64,000 bases of DNA from the human T2T-CHM13v2.0 reference genome, Homo sapiens (GCF_009914755.1 NC_060947.1), one strand, 5' to 3'. Shown: positions 41,088 to 54,010, numbered from the stretch's first letter. Notes: generated by a model not told the origin, from the letters alone. Numbers and translations are program-made.

Positions 41088-42283
41088 CACAATTATGTTG
41101 CATGCAGTCCAAGGTGTGGCTTTTCCTATCACTCTAGAAAACATAAATAATAAACCTTGGCAGTGTCCATGTGGTACTAATTCTGCAAATGTGTAGAATG
41201 CAAGAATTGTGAGTTCATGGCAGTCTCCACTTAGATTTCAAAGGAAGTTGCAGACTGCCTGGGAATCCAGGCAGAAATTTGTTCTTAGGAACAGAGCCAT
41301 TGCCCATTGGAGCCATGTGAGTGGGGCATCCTCTGAGACGCCAGAGGACCACCTGGGCAATCGGTGGGCAATTCCAGCCTGGAAAAACTGCAGGAAAAAA
41401 AATACTCTAACCCATGATGAGAGCTGCTGGGTGGACTGAGCTTACAAAGATCATAGGGATGGGGCTTCCTGAGGCCTTGAGAGCCCTACCCCCACCCCGC
41501 TGTGACCAAGATGTGAAACATGGAGTCAAAGAAATTATTATGTTGCCTTAGAATTTAATATTGTTTTTCCTCCTGGGTTTTGGGCTTACTGGGGGAACAG
41601 TTACCTCTTTCTTCTTGCCTATTTTTCCCTTTTGGAATGTGAATGTCAATTCTTTGCCTATCCCACCACTGTATTTTGATAGTACATAGCTTGTTTAATT
41701 TCACAGACTTATAGATGGAGGGAAATTTGTCTCATAAATCGTGTCTTGAGTTTCAGCCATAACAGATTTAGAGGAGACTCTGGACTTAGAACTTTTGAAC
41801 TGATGCTGGAACAAGTTAAGGCTTTTGTGGCTATTGAGGTGGTATTAATGTATTTTACATATGATAAGAACATACATTTTGGGGGATGGATGTTAAATGC
41901 TAGTGTTTAAATGTGTCCCTTAAATTTCATGTGTTGGAAATATAATTTTCAATGCAACAGTGTTAAGAGGAGAGAGCTTTAAAAGGTGATTCAGTCATGA
42001 GGATTCTCCCGTCATGAATAGACTAATGCTGTTATTGGAGGAGTGTGTTAGTTACACTGGGAGTGAATTTCTGGTAAAATAATAAATTTGGAGTCTTTTC
42101 CTCTCTTTCTCACCCAAGTGATGCCTTCTAACATGTTGCGATGCAGCAAGAAGGCAATTGACAGGTGGGTCTCTTAATCTTGGATTTTTCAGCCTTAAGA
42201 ACCATGAGCCAAATAAATTTGTATTCATTATAAATTGCCCAGTATGGTATTCTGTTATAGGAACATAAAAAAAAACTATGACA
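41088..42283 (+). mobile_element. MST/MLT1A-type internal sequence plus MSTD-like 3' LTR (41898-42283); 5' half missing
   Basis: aaaccttggcag...cttagatttcaaagg; LTR tgctagtgtttaaatgtgtccc...ctatgaca. Confidence 0.8.
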
Positions 42284-44042
42284 CATGGTTTCTGAGTAGA
42301 ATTTGGATGTGATTTCTATCTTTGCTCTTCTATAAGTAAAGTGTTTTTCCCTTCTGATTTATTTCAAGAATTTTTCTTCATCTTTGATTTTTCTGAAGCC
42401 TAAATATGCTAGGTCTAGCTGTGGGGTGTTTTTTTGACATTTATCTTGTTCAGTGTTCTCTGAACTTTTGAGATCTGTGGTTTTGCATCTGACATTGATT
42501 TCAGGAAATTCTCTGCCATTATTGCTTCACATATTGCTTCTTTTCCTGTCTTTTTTTTTCCGGTATTCCCATTCTACGTAAGTTACACATTTTAGAGTTG
42601 TCAGTTTTTGGATATTTGGGGAGTTTTTTATAGTTGTTCAGTTTTTTTCTTACTTTTGAAAATTTTTATTGTCATGTCCTCAGAGCTAAGAGATTGTTTT
42701 TTTCAAAAATGTAGAGTCCACGAATGAGCCCATAAAAGTCATTATTTCTATTACAGTGTTTTTCATCTCCAATATTTCTTTTGGTTCTTAGAATTTCCAT
42801 CTCTTTGCTGACAATATCTATCTGTACTTTCATATTTTCTACTTTGTAATGTTAGATGTGATTAGCATATTACACATAGACTTGAACAATTTCTATTCTG
42901 ATAATTTCAACATTTCTGCAATATCTGACTCCTGCTCTGATACTTGTTCAGAATCTTCAAAACTGTATTTTTTCTTTCACTTACTATGCTTTGTTATTTT
43001 TTTTGAAAGGTGGACATGATGCATTTGGTAAAAGAAACTGCAGTAAATAGGCTTTAATAATGCAGTGGTAAGTTTTGCGGGGCCGGGGAGAAAGTGCTCA
43101 TGTTGTATGATTAGGTCTTAGTGTTTTGGTGAGCCTATGGCCCTGGACTGTGAAAATAGCAAGAGCTTCTCCCCCTTTTTCTCCCACTTTTAGGTGGGAC
43201 AGGATGGCTAGAATGGGTGGGAGTTGGGGATTTCCCTTCCTCTAGGTAAGTTAGGCTCTGAAGAAACAGGTAGACTTAACAAGGGCAGACCTTGTTAAGA
43301 ACAAAATGCTCTGGAGTATTTAAAAATGGTTACTTTTCTCCTCCCCCTGCCAGAAGCACGAGGTGACTTGTCTCTGATATTCACCGTGAGGACCAGTGAG
43401 AATGCCTGGGGAGAGGTAAAACTTTAAAAGTGTGCAGGCCCTCCTATCACTGGGTAACCTTAGAGTTTTTAGTTTTGAAACTTGTACATACTAATCCTCT
43501 AACAATTCATCAATTGCATTGCAAGTGTTCCTGCTCTGACACTTGCTGCAGTGGAAGTTTCTGCTTATGGGTTTCTGCTGTGGTAGGTTGTGGTTTTTCT
43601 GTATCTACCTGTCTGTTACTCTGACTTGGGGACAATTGTTTGGCCTGTGATTTAATCTTTCTTATGGGTTTAGCAAACTAACAGAAACAGAAAACCAAAT
43701 ACCGCATGTTCTCACTTATAAGTGAGAGCTAAATGATGAGAACATATGAACACATAGAGGGGAACAACACACAGTGGGGCCTTTTGGAGTGTGGAAGGTG
43801 GGAGGAGGGAGAGGATAAAGAGAAATAACTAATGAGTACTAGGCTTAATACCTGGGTGATGAACTAATCTGTACAACAAATTTCCATGACACAAGTTTAT
43901 GTAACAAACCTGCACTTGTACTCCTGAACATAAAATAAAAGTTAAAGAGTTTTTATTTTAAACTGTGTATTGCTTTTTGCTTGTTGTTAGGATGAGGTGG
44001 CGACTTCTAAACTTGCAACATGCTGAACTGGAAAGCAGAAGT
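42284..44042 (-). mobile_element. L1MC/MD ORF1 and 5' UTR (likely continuation of 22800-26767)
   Basis: catggtttctgag...gatgtgatttctatc; 5' end aacatgctgaactggaaagcagaagt. Confidence 0.7.
43670..43946 (+). mobile_element. L1PA13-15-like 3' end
   Basis: aaaccaaataccgcatgttctcacttataagtg...aaaataaaagttaaa. Confidence 0.85.
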
Positions 44043-44217
44043 GATGGTATACTTTTGAATATTTTGATAGTAAAAAATACTAATAGAAATTAAATAGGAC
44101 TTCCTTTCATTTGATAATTGATTTTCTGTCTATTACCTTATTTGAAAATAACTTAATGAGCAAGGGAGTATGTCTAACCCACCTACACACCCTTAGGAGT
44201 GCCTTTTTAAGTTTTAC

Positions 44218-44490
44218 CTTTAGTTACAGCCCTTTATAAAAAGCCCAATTTTTTCTGTCTTCAGGAATTTCTCCAAGTGTGTTCCTTGGACACACCTTTG
44301 TGTTCTGATTGATCACTGTGGCTGCTTCTGCTTTGCTTCACTTTGGTTTTTGTTCTCTATATATTTTCTTGGACTTGACAATTGAGAGTTGGTCAAGTCC
44401 AAGTCTTCCCTTTTTTCAAAATGTTCACTCCTCTGGATGGTCTCAGCTATGTGCCTGCATGTGTGGTGCAGTAAAAAACCAATTCTTTGC
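44218..44490 (-). pseudogene. Candidate decayed exon (273 nt)
   Basis: Acceptor ctcttccaagtctcttcag, donor AAG|gtaaaa; 58 open codons QRIGFLLHHTCRHIAETIQRSEHFEK...SQLSSPRKYIENKNQ before a stop or frameshift; paralogue at 18.1-18.3 kb. Confidence 0.4.
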
Positions 44491-45009
44491 CTGAAGAGAC
44501 TTGGAAGAGTAGATTTCTTTTAGATAGTTATTTTTAAATTTTTATTATTTCTAGAAGGTGACAACTTCCCCATTTTTCCAGTACTCAATTGTGGCAAGCC
44601 CAGATGTCCTGCGTTCTGGCCCTGTTCTCTATCCCACAGTCTATTTCTTGTTTCCTCCACTGCCCTTCTTTCCAATTCCTAAGATTAGCTAGAAGCTTAC
44701 AATTTTATGACATCTGGCAAGGATACCAGATTCTTTCAGCTGCTAGCACAGTGGCTACCAAAGTATTACTGCACCAAGCCACCTATTCCTTTAGCCAAAT
44801 AGCTCCTTCCAGTATTGGAACTCAAATTTGAACAGAGGTTAATAGAAATAATATTTTAATCAGTACCCCCTATTACTGGAATTTCTGTCCCAAGAAAAAT
44901 TACCTAGTTACCTACTTGCATTGTCATCTCAGTTATTTTCTGACAGTTCTTGAACATCATACAGTAATCTTTATATTTTACAATAATAAGGTGGAGAAAA
45001 ACAGTGCAC

Positions 45010-45428
45010 TGGTGTGATTTGGATGTTTGCCCTTCCAAATCTCATGTTGAGGTGTTATCTTCAATGTTGAAAGTTGGGTCTAGTGAGAGGTGTTGGATCA
45101 TAGGGGTGGATTCTTCATGAAAGGCTTAAAGCCATCCCCTTGCTAATGAGTGATTTCTCATTCAGTTAGTTCTGTGAGATCAGATTGTTTAAAAGAGCCT
45201 GGAAGCTCATCCCTTTCTCTCTCTCTTGCCCCCTCTCTTACCATGTAATATGCCTGCTCCCCCTTCACCTTTCATCATGAGTGGAAGCTCCCTAAGGCCT
45301 TCAACAGAAGCAGATGCCAGCACCATGCTTCCTGTACAGCCTGTAGAACCATGAGCCAACTAAACCTCTTTTCTCTATAAATTACCCAGTCTCAGGTATT
45401 TATAGCAATGTAAGAACAGACTAACATA
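45010..45428 (+). mobile_element. MSTB-like solo LTR
   Basis: ttggatgtttgcccttccaaatctcatgttg...cccagtctcaggtatttatagcaatgtaagaacagactaa; ~420 bp. Confidence 0.85.
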
Positions 45429-45796
45429 TACAACTTGTTTTGAAGTGCTTGTGGGATTGTTAATAGTGCCCCTTCTTTGTCCATACAGTATCTACTTGAA
45501 GACCACCCAAGTCACCAATCAACATTAAATCATGCAGTTGGCTGTTTTTCCCAGTTGTAATACGAATGAGTACAATTATCACACGGAAGGACACAGTTCT
45601 CCAGCTCTTCATTGAACTCAAGACTATAAGTACATTTAGCACACTGTTAAATAAAAAAAAAATCATTCTTTTTTTGACATACTGCTAAAAAAGTCATTAT
45701 TTTTGAATGGAGACAAAATAACCTTTGGAAATCACTCCCATTTAGCAACACGTAGGGGAGGTTGTTGGAGAGCCGAGTCCAATCATTCACCACTAT
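45429..45796 (-). pseudogene. Two candidate exons (45723-45796 and from 45643 downward) around a 79-nt GT-AG intron
   Basis: AAG|gttatt...tttttttttatttaacag; upstream exon IVVNDWTRLSNNLPYVLLNGSDFQ. Confidence 0.3.
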
Positions 45797-45899
45797 CTAA
45801 CATCTGATATAGTTTACAAAAGGCAATTTAAAAATGATATGTATCATGGAATTACTTCAGAATTCTCCATATAAATTGACTTGATCTCTTTCACCCGAC

Positions 45900-47974
45900 T
45901 GCTGTTTTTAACTCTCACATATAAGTGAAAACATGTGATATTTGCCTTTTATTACCTGACTTATTTCACTTTGGAAAATGACGTCCAGATCCAGCCATGT
46001 TGCTACAAATAACATAATTTCATTTTTTCAAATGGTCAAATATTAATAGTATTCTATTGTGTACATACATTGTATTTTATGTATCCACTGATGGACACAG
46101 ATTGATTCCATATCTTTTCTATTTCTTTCCTATTGTGAATAGTGCTGCAATAAACACACAAGCGCAGGTGTCCCATTTGAAGTATTGATATATTTTCCTT
46201 TGGGTAGATTCCCAGTAGTGGATTTGCTGGATTGAATGGTAATTCTATTTTTAGTTTTTTTTGGGAATCTCCATACTGTTTTATGGTGGCTGTACCAGTT
46301 TACATTCCCACAAACAGTGTATAAGAATTCCCTTTTCTCTGCATTCTTGCCAACATCTTTTTTTTTTTAAGTTGTTGTTGTTGTTGTTATTGTTTTTGTA
46401 TTTAAGATGATAGCCATTCTGACTGGGGTAATATGATTTGCATTTCTATGATGATTACTGGTATTGAGCATTTTTTCAGATACTTCTTGGCCCTTTTTCT
46501 TCTTTTGAGAAATGTCAACTCATGCTGTTTGCCAATTCATTAATGGAATAATTTCTTCATTTATCGTTGAGTTGTTTGATATTCTTGTGTATTCTGGATA
46601 TTTGTCCCCCGCCAGATGAGTAGTTTGCAAATATTTTCTTCCATTCAACAGGTGTACTTTTGGTTCACTCTGTCGATTATTTTGCTGTACATGCAGACCA
46701 GTTCCAGGTTACCAAGCTGGCCCTGGCTACAAATCTCATTGCCCAGGAGAAACTGCAGCTAAAGCATTTCTCCACATGCCCCAGGCTTGCAATGGTGGAA
46801 AGCACAGTTCCAGTTTCTACTGCTGAACTGCTATCTACAGTTCAGTCTGTGGAGTCCCCTACCCCACTCCAGAGCTAGTGCTCCAATCTCTGGCCTGAAA
46901 CAAAAATGCCTACACTGCCACAGTGTTGTATCACCAAAGAATGTCTTACTTTGTGTGCCCAGATTAAAAATAATGTCGTGCTATCAGTCTCAGGTCTGGG
47001 AAAATACCTGCAGTTTTTCCCAGTGTCTTACTCTCAGTGCCTCCAAGACTTTGCCCATGTTAGCTCCAGAGCATGGGAAAAACAAAGCGTTCTCCCTCAG
47101 CCTGGGTTGCTTGGATCCCCAGTGGAAAGATGAGTCACAGTGGGAGCCTTTCTGCCGCACTCACATCCTGGGAGATGTGACCTGGGCGGGACGGGGGAGG
47201 GGCGGGTTACTCACTTTTTAAAGCTGAATGCTGTTGCAACGTGTATTAATTAAAGTTCTCTCTAAAGGGACAGAACTAATAGGATATATGTATATATGAA
47301 AAGGAGTTTATTAAGGACAATTCACTCACATAACCACAAGGTAAAGTCCCACCATAGGCCGTCTGAAAGTTGAGGGGCAAGAAAGCCAGTAGTGGCTCAG
47401 TCCGAGTCCCAAAACCTCAAAAGTAGGGAAGCCAATATTACAGCCTTCAGTCTGTGGCTGAAGGCCCAAGAACCTCTGGCAAACCACTGGTGTAAGTCCA
47501 AGAGTCCACAAGCCAAAGAACTTGGGAGTCCGATGTTCCAGAGCAGGAAGCATCCAGAATCGGAGAAAGATTTAGGCTGGAAGGCTCAGCAAGTCAGCTT
47601 CTTCCACCTTTTTCTGCCTGCTTTTTCTAGCCACACTGGCAGCCAGTTGGATGGTGCCCACCCACATTGTTAGTGGGTCTTTCTTCCCCAGTCCACTGAT
47701 TCAAATGTTAATCTCTCTGGCATCACCCAGAAACACCTAGATAAACCAAGAAACAATACTTTGCATCCTTCAATCCAATCAAGCTAACTCTTAATATTAA
47801 CCACCACACAAGGGCTGTTTGCTCATGTTTCCCTCTGAGATTTGGGGAGTCCTTCACAATTCTGGTGGATTCTCATTTTACTTCTTGAATTAAGGCTCAG
47901 AGAGTTAATCTTTATGCACTATATTGCTATTTCCAAGTGTCTGAGCCATGCTAAAGCCTCTAATCTGCCATCTT
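45900..47974 (-). mobile_element. L1 with its 3' region fused directly to the 5' UTR near 46690 (large internal deletion), interrupted by an LTR
   Basis: ORF2 C-terminal/3' sequence to ~46690, then GC-richer 5' UTR ending tctgccatctt. Confidence 0.65.
47242..47808 (-). mobile_element. MLT2A2-like solo LTR (HERV-L)
   Basis: tgtatta...agggacagaactaatagg...ttaatattaaccaccaca; TSD caacg/caagg. Confidence 0.9.
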
Positions 47975-47984
47975 AATAAAAAAT

Positions 47985-50888
47985 CTGTATCTTTTAAGTT
48001 GTAATTAAGTTGCATTCAAGGTTATTATTGTTATGTGAGGTTTCATTCCTGTCATATTATTAATTATTTTCTGGTTGTTTTTTTATATCATTTTGTCTTT
48101 GCTTTTTCTTTATCATTGTCATTGTTTGGTACATTTCTGTCGTGGTACCATTTTAGTCCTATTTCTTATTCTTTTGTATAATTGCTTTTCCTGTGAGTTT
48201 TTACCTTTGTTTGCTTTCGTGATGGTAAATGTCACCCTTTCAATTCCAGGTTTAGTACTCTCTTGAGCACTTCTTGTATGGCCAGTATAGTGTTAGTAAA
48301 TTCCCTCAGCGTTTTCCTGTCTGGAAAAGACTTTATTTCTCCTTCATTTGTCAAATCTAATTTTATGGATAGAATATTCTTGACTGACAGAGATTTTTTG
48401 TTGTTATTTTCACTTCAGCACTTTGAATAAATCATCCCATCGTCTTTTGGCCTGCAAGGTTTCCGTTGAGTAATTTGGTGTTAACATGATGGAACTTTCT
48501 TTATAGGTTACTTTATTCTTTTCTTTAGCTGTTTTTTTCTGATTTGCTGTTTGATTTGAAATGGTATGACCATAATCTGCTCTGGAAAAGATATTTTTGC
48601 ATTGTAACTGCCTGGGAATGGCGAGCCTCCTGTACCTGAATGTCTAAATCTCTTTCTAGACTTGGAAAAGAAGTATCTATTATTTCGTTTAAAAGGTTTT
48701 CTAAACTTTTTTCCCCTCTCTTTGCTCTTGGGGATACAGATGATTGTGTATTTAGTTACTTTACATTGTCCCAAATATTACAAAGACTTTGCTTATTTTT
48801 TTTTATCTTTTCTTCTTTATTCTTTTCTGACCGGATTATTTCAAAATACCTGTCTTCAAGTTTTCAGGTTATTTTTCCTTCTTGATCTAATAATCTATTG
48901 TTGAAGCTTTCTAATGTTTTTTATTTCTTTCAATAAACTTCAATTCAGTAACTTTTATTTCTTTAAAAAATATCTATTTCTTTCATAAATTTCACCTTTA
49001 TGTTCTGAATTGTTTTCTGATTCCATTGTATAGTTTTTCAGAAGTCTTTTCTATCTCACTGGCTTCTTTAAAACAAATATTTTAATTTTTTTCTTGGAGT
49101 TTGGAAATTTCTTTTTGATTGTGGTCTATTGAGGCAGAAACATTTTACTTCTCTGGAGGTGTAATATTTTCTTGCTTTTTCATATTTCCTATGTCCTTAC
49201 AGAGATATCTGTGAATCAGCTGTAACAGTCACTTCTTCCTATTCTTGAATTTACTTTTATAGGTTAGTACTTTTTCCTGAATATGTTTTTATGGTGTTGG
49301 TCGATTATGGCACTGGCTTTGATTTTGGATGCGTATACAAGTGTCATCTCTGTATTATTTATTTGACTGCAGAAAATATTGATAGTGTCTGTGATTTTCT
49401 CTGTGGTTTAGGGTATGCTTATTAGTAGAGGCTGTGGTGAAGTTGTGCTTGGATGTGGAACACTAAATGTGCCAGGCTTCAGGCCCCAGTAGTTGTCACA
49501 GGAGACTGAGAATGCCAATCTTGTTGCACCAGGGAGTGTACACTGGCTCCAGTTTTAGTGGTTATTGGTGGACTGATTCTTGAGCCTTCAAGTGGGCTGC
49601 TCAATTGAGTAATGGAAGCAGTGGACCAGGTAGACGAGTAGATTGTCGGGCTTCTGGACAACTGATATACTGTGGGCTATGACAGTAGCAGTGTTGGGAT
49701 TAGTCTCTGGGTCCTAAGCCATGTGCACTGATTTCGGCAGTGGCTATTATGTGCTTGGCTGTCCAGTCTCCAGGCCTGAAGGTGGCACTTGCAGGTAGGT
49801 GCCAGCTGAGATGGTGACAATTGGGAACTAAGGACCAACTTTAGGCCCCAAAATACTCATGTGCCCAAGGAGGTGGACTAAGTTGAGCAATCTCCAGGAC
49901 TCCCAGCCTATGTGTTTTGTTTTGAGGGTGTGTAGCAGAGCTGAGTGGCCTTGACTTCAGGCCCCCCAGTGGGGAGAGGAGGTGCCATCTGTGGTGGGTA
50001 AGGGCAGGATGATCCTCATGCCCTGTGGAGTTGTCAGATGTGGGCTGATAGTATCTGTGCCCAGGCCCTGCCAATGGAGAAGGTGGGGCTGGACTCAGTG
50101 GCTGCAGACTGATTTGGCAGGTGGGGAACACACATCCATTTCATGCCCCAGCCTTGGAAAGGCTTGTCCCTAGCTCTGCTGGTGGTAGACCATGCCTAAC
50201 TTGGGCCTCAGTTCCAGCTACAGGAATGTCTGCCCATCTCACGACTAAGTCCCTGGGGCAACTTGTACCTGGTTTATGAACCAATCTTGGTTCTGTCAGT
50301 ACTTGCTTCCCAACATCAGCAGCTACAGCCCACCTTTTGCTTATGCCTCAGCCCTGGCTATGGGGGTGCTCCCAGCTTGTACCCCAGTACCAGCTGTGAC
50401 AACCAAAGTTTCCCTAACACCTCATTCCTGGGACCCAGGGAAGCATGCAGTCTACCAAAGGTTCAGACTGAAAATGATATCTTGCTGTAGCTGTTTAGGT
50501 CTCAGAAAGTATGTGAGACAGTGCAAGCTCTCCTCCTGGACCAGTTCTGTCCCACAGTCTCCTGGCAGCTTCCTATGTTAATGTAAGAGCTCTCCCATGC
50601 CCAGGATTACATAATTTTATGGAGAGAATATGGCCACTGGAAGTCTCTTACTTACCCTTTCCCCACATTGGGAAGTCACGTCCAGGTCTCAGCAAATCCA
50701 AGCCAAGCAAGGTGCCTCTCTTCATTTTCCCTTCATGCCTTTGATGTTTTCTGTCACTTTTCTGATGGATTCATGTGTTTTTGTTGGATAATGTATTCAA
50801 AATGTGGTTGTCTATACACGATTTTGTTTCTTTTAAGTGGGAGAGGCAAGCATGAAATGCTTCTAGTCAGTCATTTTGAAGCCCCTCC
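47985..50888 (-). mobile_element. L1 (L1M2/L1MA-like) inter-ORF region, ORF1 and 5' UTR
   Basis: gtaaattccctcagcgttttcctgtctggaaaagactttatttctcc; 5' terminus tgcttctagtcagtcattttg. Confidence 0.75.
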
Positions 50889-51080
50889 TGTTTTGTTTGT
50901 TTTAAGCAGAGGCCCACTGTAGCCATTTTTGAGCACTTGCTTGACAATTTTATTTTATTTTTCTAGTTGAGCCATAGGTAAGTTTGGCAAGCATCTCTAT
51001 TTTATTAATATTTGGTATATTGTGTGGTTACAGCTGCCACATACCTCTCTTCACAGCTCTCATAAAGTCTTAAATTGATG

Positions 51081-51870
51081 AGTATTAGTTATTTATCGCA
51101 TAATATATTACCACAGGCTAAGTGTTTTAAAACCACATGCATTTGTTACCTCACAGTTGTCTGTAGATTAGAAGCCCAGCACTGGCTTTGTCTTCCCATC
51201 TGCTCAGGGTATTACGAGTCTCCAATGTAGGTGTCTTCCAGTGCTGCAATATTATCTGAGGCTCAGAGTCCCCTTCTGAGTTCACTGGATGTTGACAGAA
51301 TTAATTTCCTTACTGTTGTATGACTACAGTAGCTTTTTTTTTTTTCTAGCTGTTGTCAAGTGAACATTCTCAGCTCCTATCACTATTCTTGGGCCTTTGC
51401 CATGTGGATCTGTGGATTCCCTTTAAAGGCAGTTCAAAATGTGGATGTTTGAGTATTCAAAGACAGCAGAGAGTCTTCTGCTGCTGCTTCACGTCAGTTT
51501 TAAGAGCTTATGTTGCTAGGCTAGGCCTACCCAGGATAGTCTCCCTTTTGACTAACTCAGAGTCAACTGATTGGGCACCATAATCTCATCTGCAAAATTT
51601 ATTTACCTTTTATCTATAAGGTAGCCCTAAAAATACACTAAGCCAGTGTGTGAGGTTTTTATGTTGCATTGTGCATTATCATGAACTTAACTGCTCAAAA
51701 CAATGAACATTCATTGTGTTTCCTTGGGTCAGGAATTTGAGTACAACTTGACTGCGTCCTCTCTTCAAAGTCTCACAAAGCTTACTCAAGGTGACAACCT
51801 ATCTACGTACCTTCATGGAACTCAAGGGAAGGAGATCCTACAAGGTATTAATGGCAAGGGGTGGGAATCT
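51081..51870 (-). mobile_element. MLT1 (F/G/H-like) MaLR LTR fragments
   Basis: gtattagtt...ttaccac...gttacctcacagtt; second partial copy from ~51650. Confidence 0.6.
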
Positions 51871-53361
51871 TGGTGACCAATTTTTAATTATGTTTATTGC
51901 ACATTGGGAAGACTACTTGGTGTCTTTTTCCCAGAGGTTTCAAAGGTCTAGTGAATACCGTTTCTCCTTTTCAACAAGCACTTTCCTTCCTTCTCACCTG
52001 CCCTTTGCCTGAAATAGGATTTCTCAGCATCAGATAGCCCCTCCCATTATCAATCTGAACACATTAAATAATCAAAGCAGTTCTCAACAAAAAATAATTT
52101 TGGACAAGGTGACTCTATTGTCTGCTAATGAATCAGTGCCAATTCTTTTCATTTTGTTAAGTAATTAATGATCTCATTGATAAGGTTGGGCTTCATTTGA
52201 TTTTTTTTCTCAGTCCATTGGGATTCAGGCAGAAATAATCTATTTTCAGCATATTTCAACCAATGAATAATGGAGAGACTGAAATTTCTCCTTAAAACAG
52301 GGTCTAAATCTTGGAAAAATGTACTATTATTTTGAGTCCCCAAAATATATTAAAATCATATATTTGTCCTATGCTCCAAAAACCTTCTATTTCATTTAGG
52401 TATATTTAGGTAGGTATTGTATGTTAATGAGATATACATTGATTGTAAGAAGAATGCTTAATGAGGTTCACTTGCCATCCAATTAATTTAATTTTAAATT
52501 ACATGAGCAATAAAGGCTTAATTACATTCTTATCAATATACTGTATTTTCTGAAGACTGTGTGGCTATTAATTTATGAAAACAGCAATTTATTTATGACA
52601 AATTAATTGGTATTTTATGCATAAAACTTTATATTAAATGTAAATTACTTATTTGTAACTCTTAATTTAAAGTAACAGCCCATACTATAATAAACATATG
52701 TGTTTTAGGGAGGATAACATTTAACACTTTGTTGCTGGTGTTCACGTGAATATGATTTTTTTCTGGCAATGAAACAAACAATAAAACAGCAGCATTTCTT
52801 GTTGGTCTTTTTGGGATAAAAGCAAAACTTTTATAATGGACATGCATAAGAAGTTTTTTGAAAGAGACTACACATGGAATGGCCTGTAATTTTTTGATAT
52901 TTAATATCATCAATCTTTCTTACAGGGGTTCAATTCATTAAAAAAAAAAAAACAACTAGTATCGTTATCTCTGCCCTAACTACTTCCAGTTTCATTTTAA
53001 TGAAGATAAAAACATTTTTATGCATTGTAAATTTTAACACTTTACATCTATAGGATTGTCTTATATGATAAGTCTTGAGTTACTATGGGCTTGAACATTT
53101 CAGAAACAGGAACACTTGCCATTATAAGGAAAATATATTTTGATAGTATATTATTATAAAGAGCTATGCACTTAAAGTAGGCTGACCTATTGATCAAAAC
53201 ACACTTAATATAAGCCAAATACAGTTAAGTTGCTAGGCTCTGAAAGAGTGACAGATGACAAAGAAGGGAAATGAACCTACAAAGTGCTTAAAATGCTGTG
53301 ACCACATGACTCATTTTCTGCGACTAAGAGACTTAATTTTTATATCCATTCTAAGCTGTAC

Positions 53362-53566
53362 AGCATGGTGCTTAAGAATACAGGCTTTGGTCCAAAAATT
53401 CAAGTTCAAATTTCAACTGTGTTTCTAACTAGCCATGAAAATTAGAAAAATTAGTCCCAGTTTCCTTATCTTAAAGGGGGTATCATAGCAGTAGCTACTT
53501 GAATATATGGTCAAAACATTTAGAGGTTATTTGGTATGTAGAAAACACCCAGAAAGTTAACTGTTT
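53362..53566 (+). mobile_element. MIR
   Basis: gcatggtgcttaagaatacaggctttgg...cccagtttccttatc. Confidence 0.65.
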
Positions 53567-53689
53567 TTCCTTTTCAGCTTATCATATGGTTTTCAAAAAT
53601 TAAATTTCATTTCTACTCCCACAGAATTCTTTAGGTTGAGTGGGAAATTTTACATATAAAGAAACTTAGGCTTTGAAAAGTAAAGGAAA

Positions 53690-54010
53690 TTATGACCTCC
53701 CTAGTCCAAGTTAACCTCATCTTTAGCCTGAATTATTACAATAGCTTTTTACTATTTTTTCTGCTTCTGCATTTGTCTCTCTGTTACATAAACAAATCAT
53801 GCAATCCCACTGCTCAAAAACATACAAAGGCTTATTATCTCACATAGAGTAAAAGCTTAAGTTTTATATGTTCTAACCCCAACCTCTATTGTCTCTCTGT
53901 CCTTATCCCCTATTACTTACTTTCTTGCTTATTTTACAACAGCCACATTGTTTCACTTTGCTATTGATTGAACATGCCGGAAATGCTCCTACCCTATGAC
54001 CTTTCCTCTA
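53690..54010 (+). mobile_element. L2 fragment (3' end at 54890-55046)
   Basis: tagcctgaattattacaatagc...cagccacattg. Confidence 0.55.

Noticed and set aside
51998-52050. WEGLSDAEKSYFRQRA resembling HMG-box helix 3
   Set aside because: Preceded by two in-frame stops with no other HMG-box residues; too short to support
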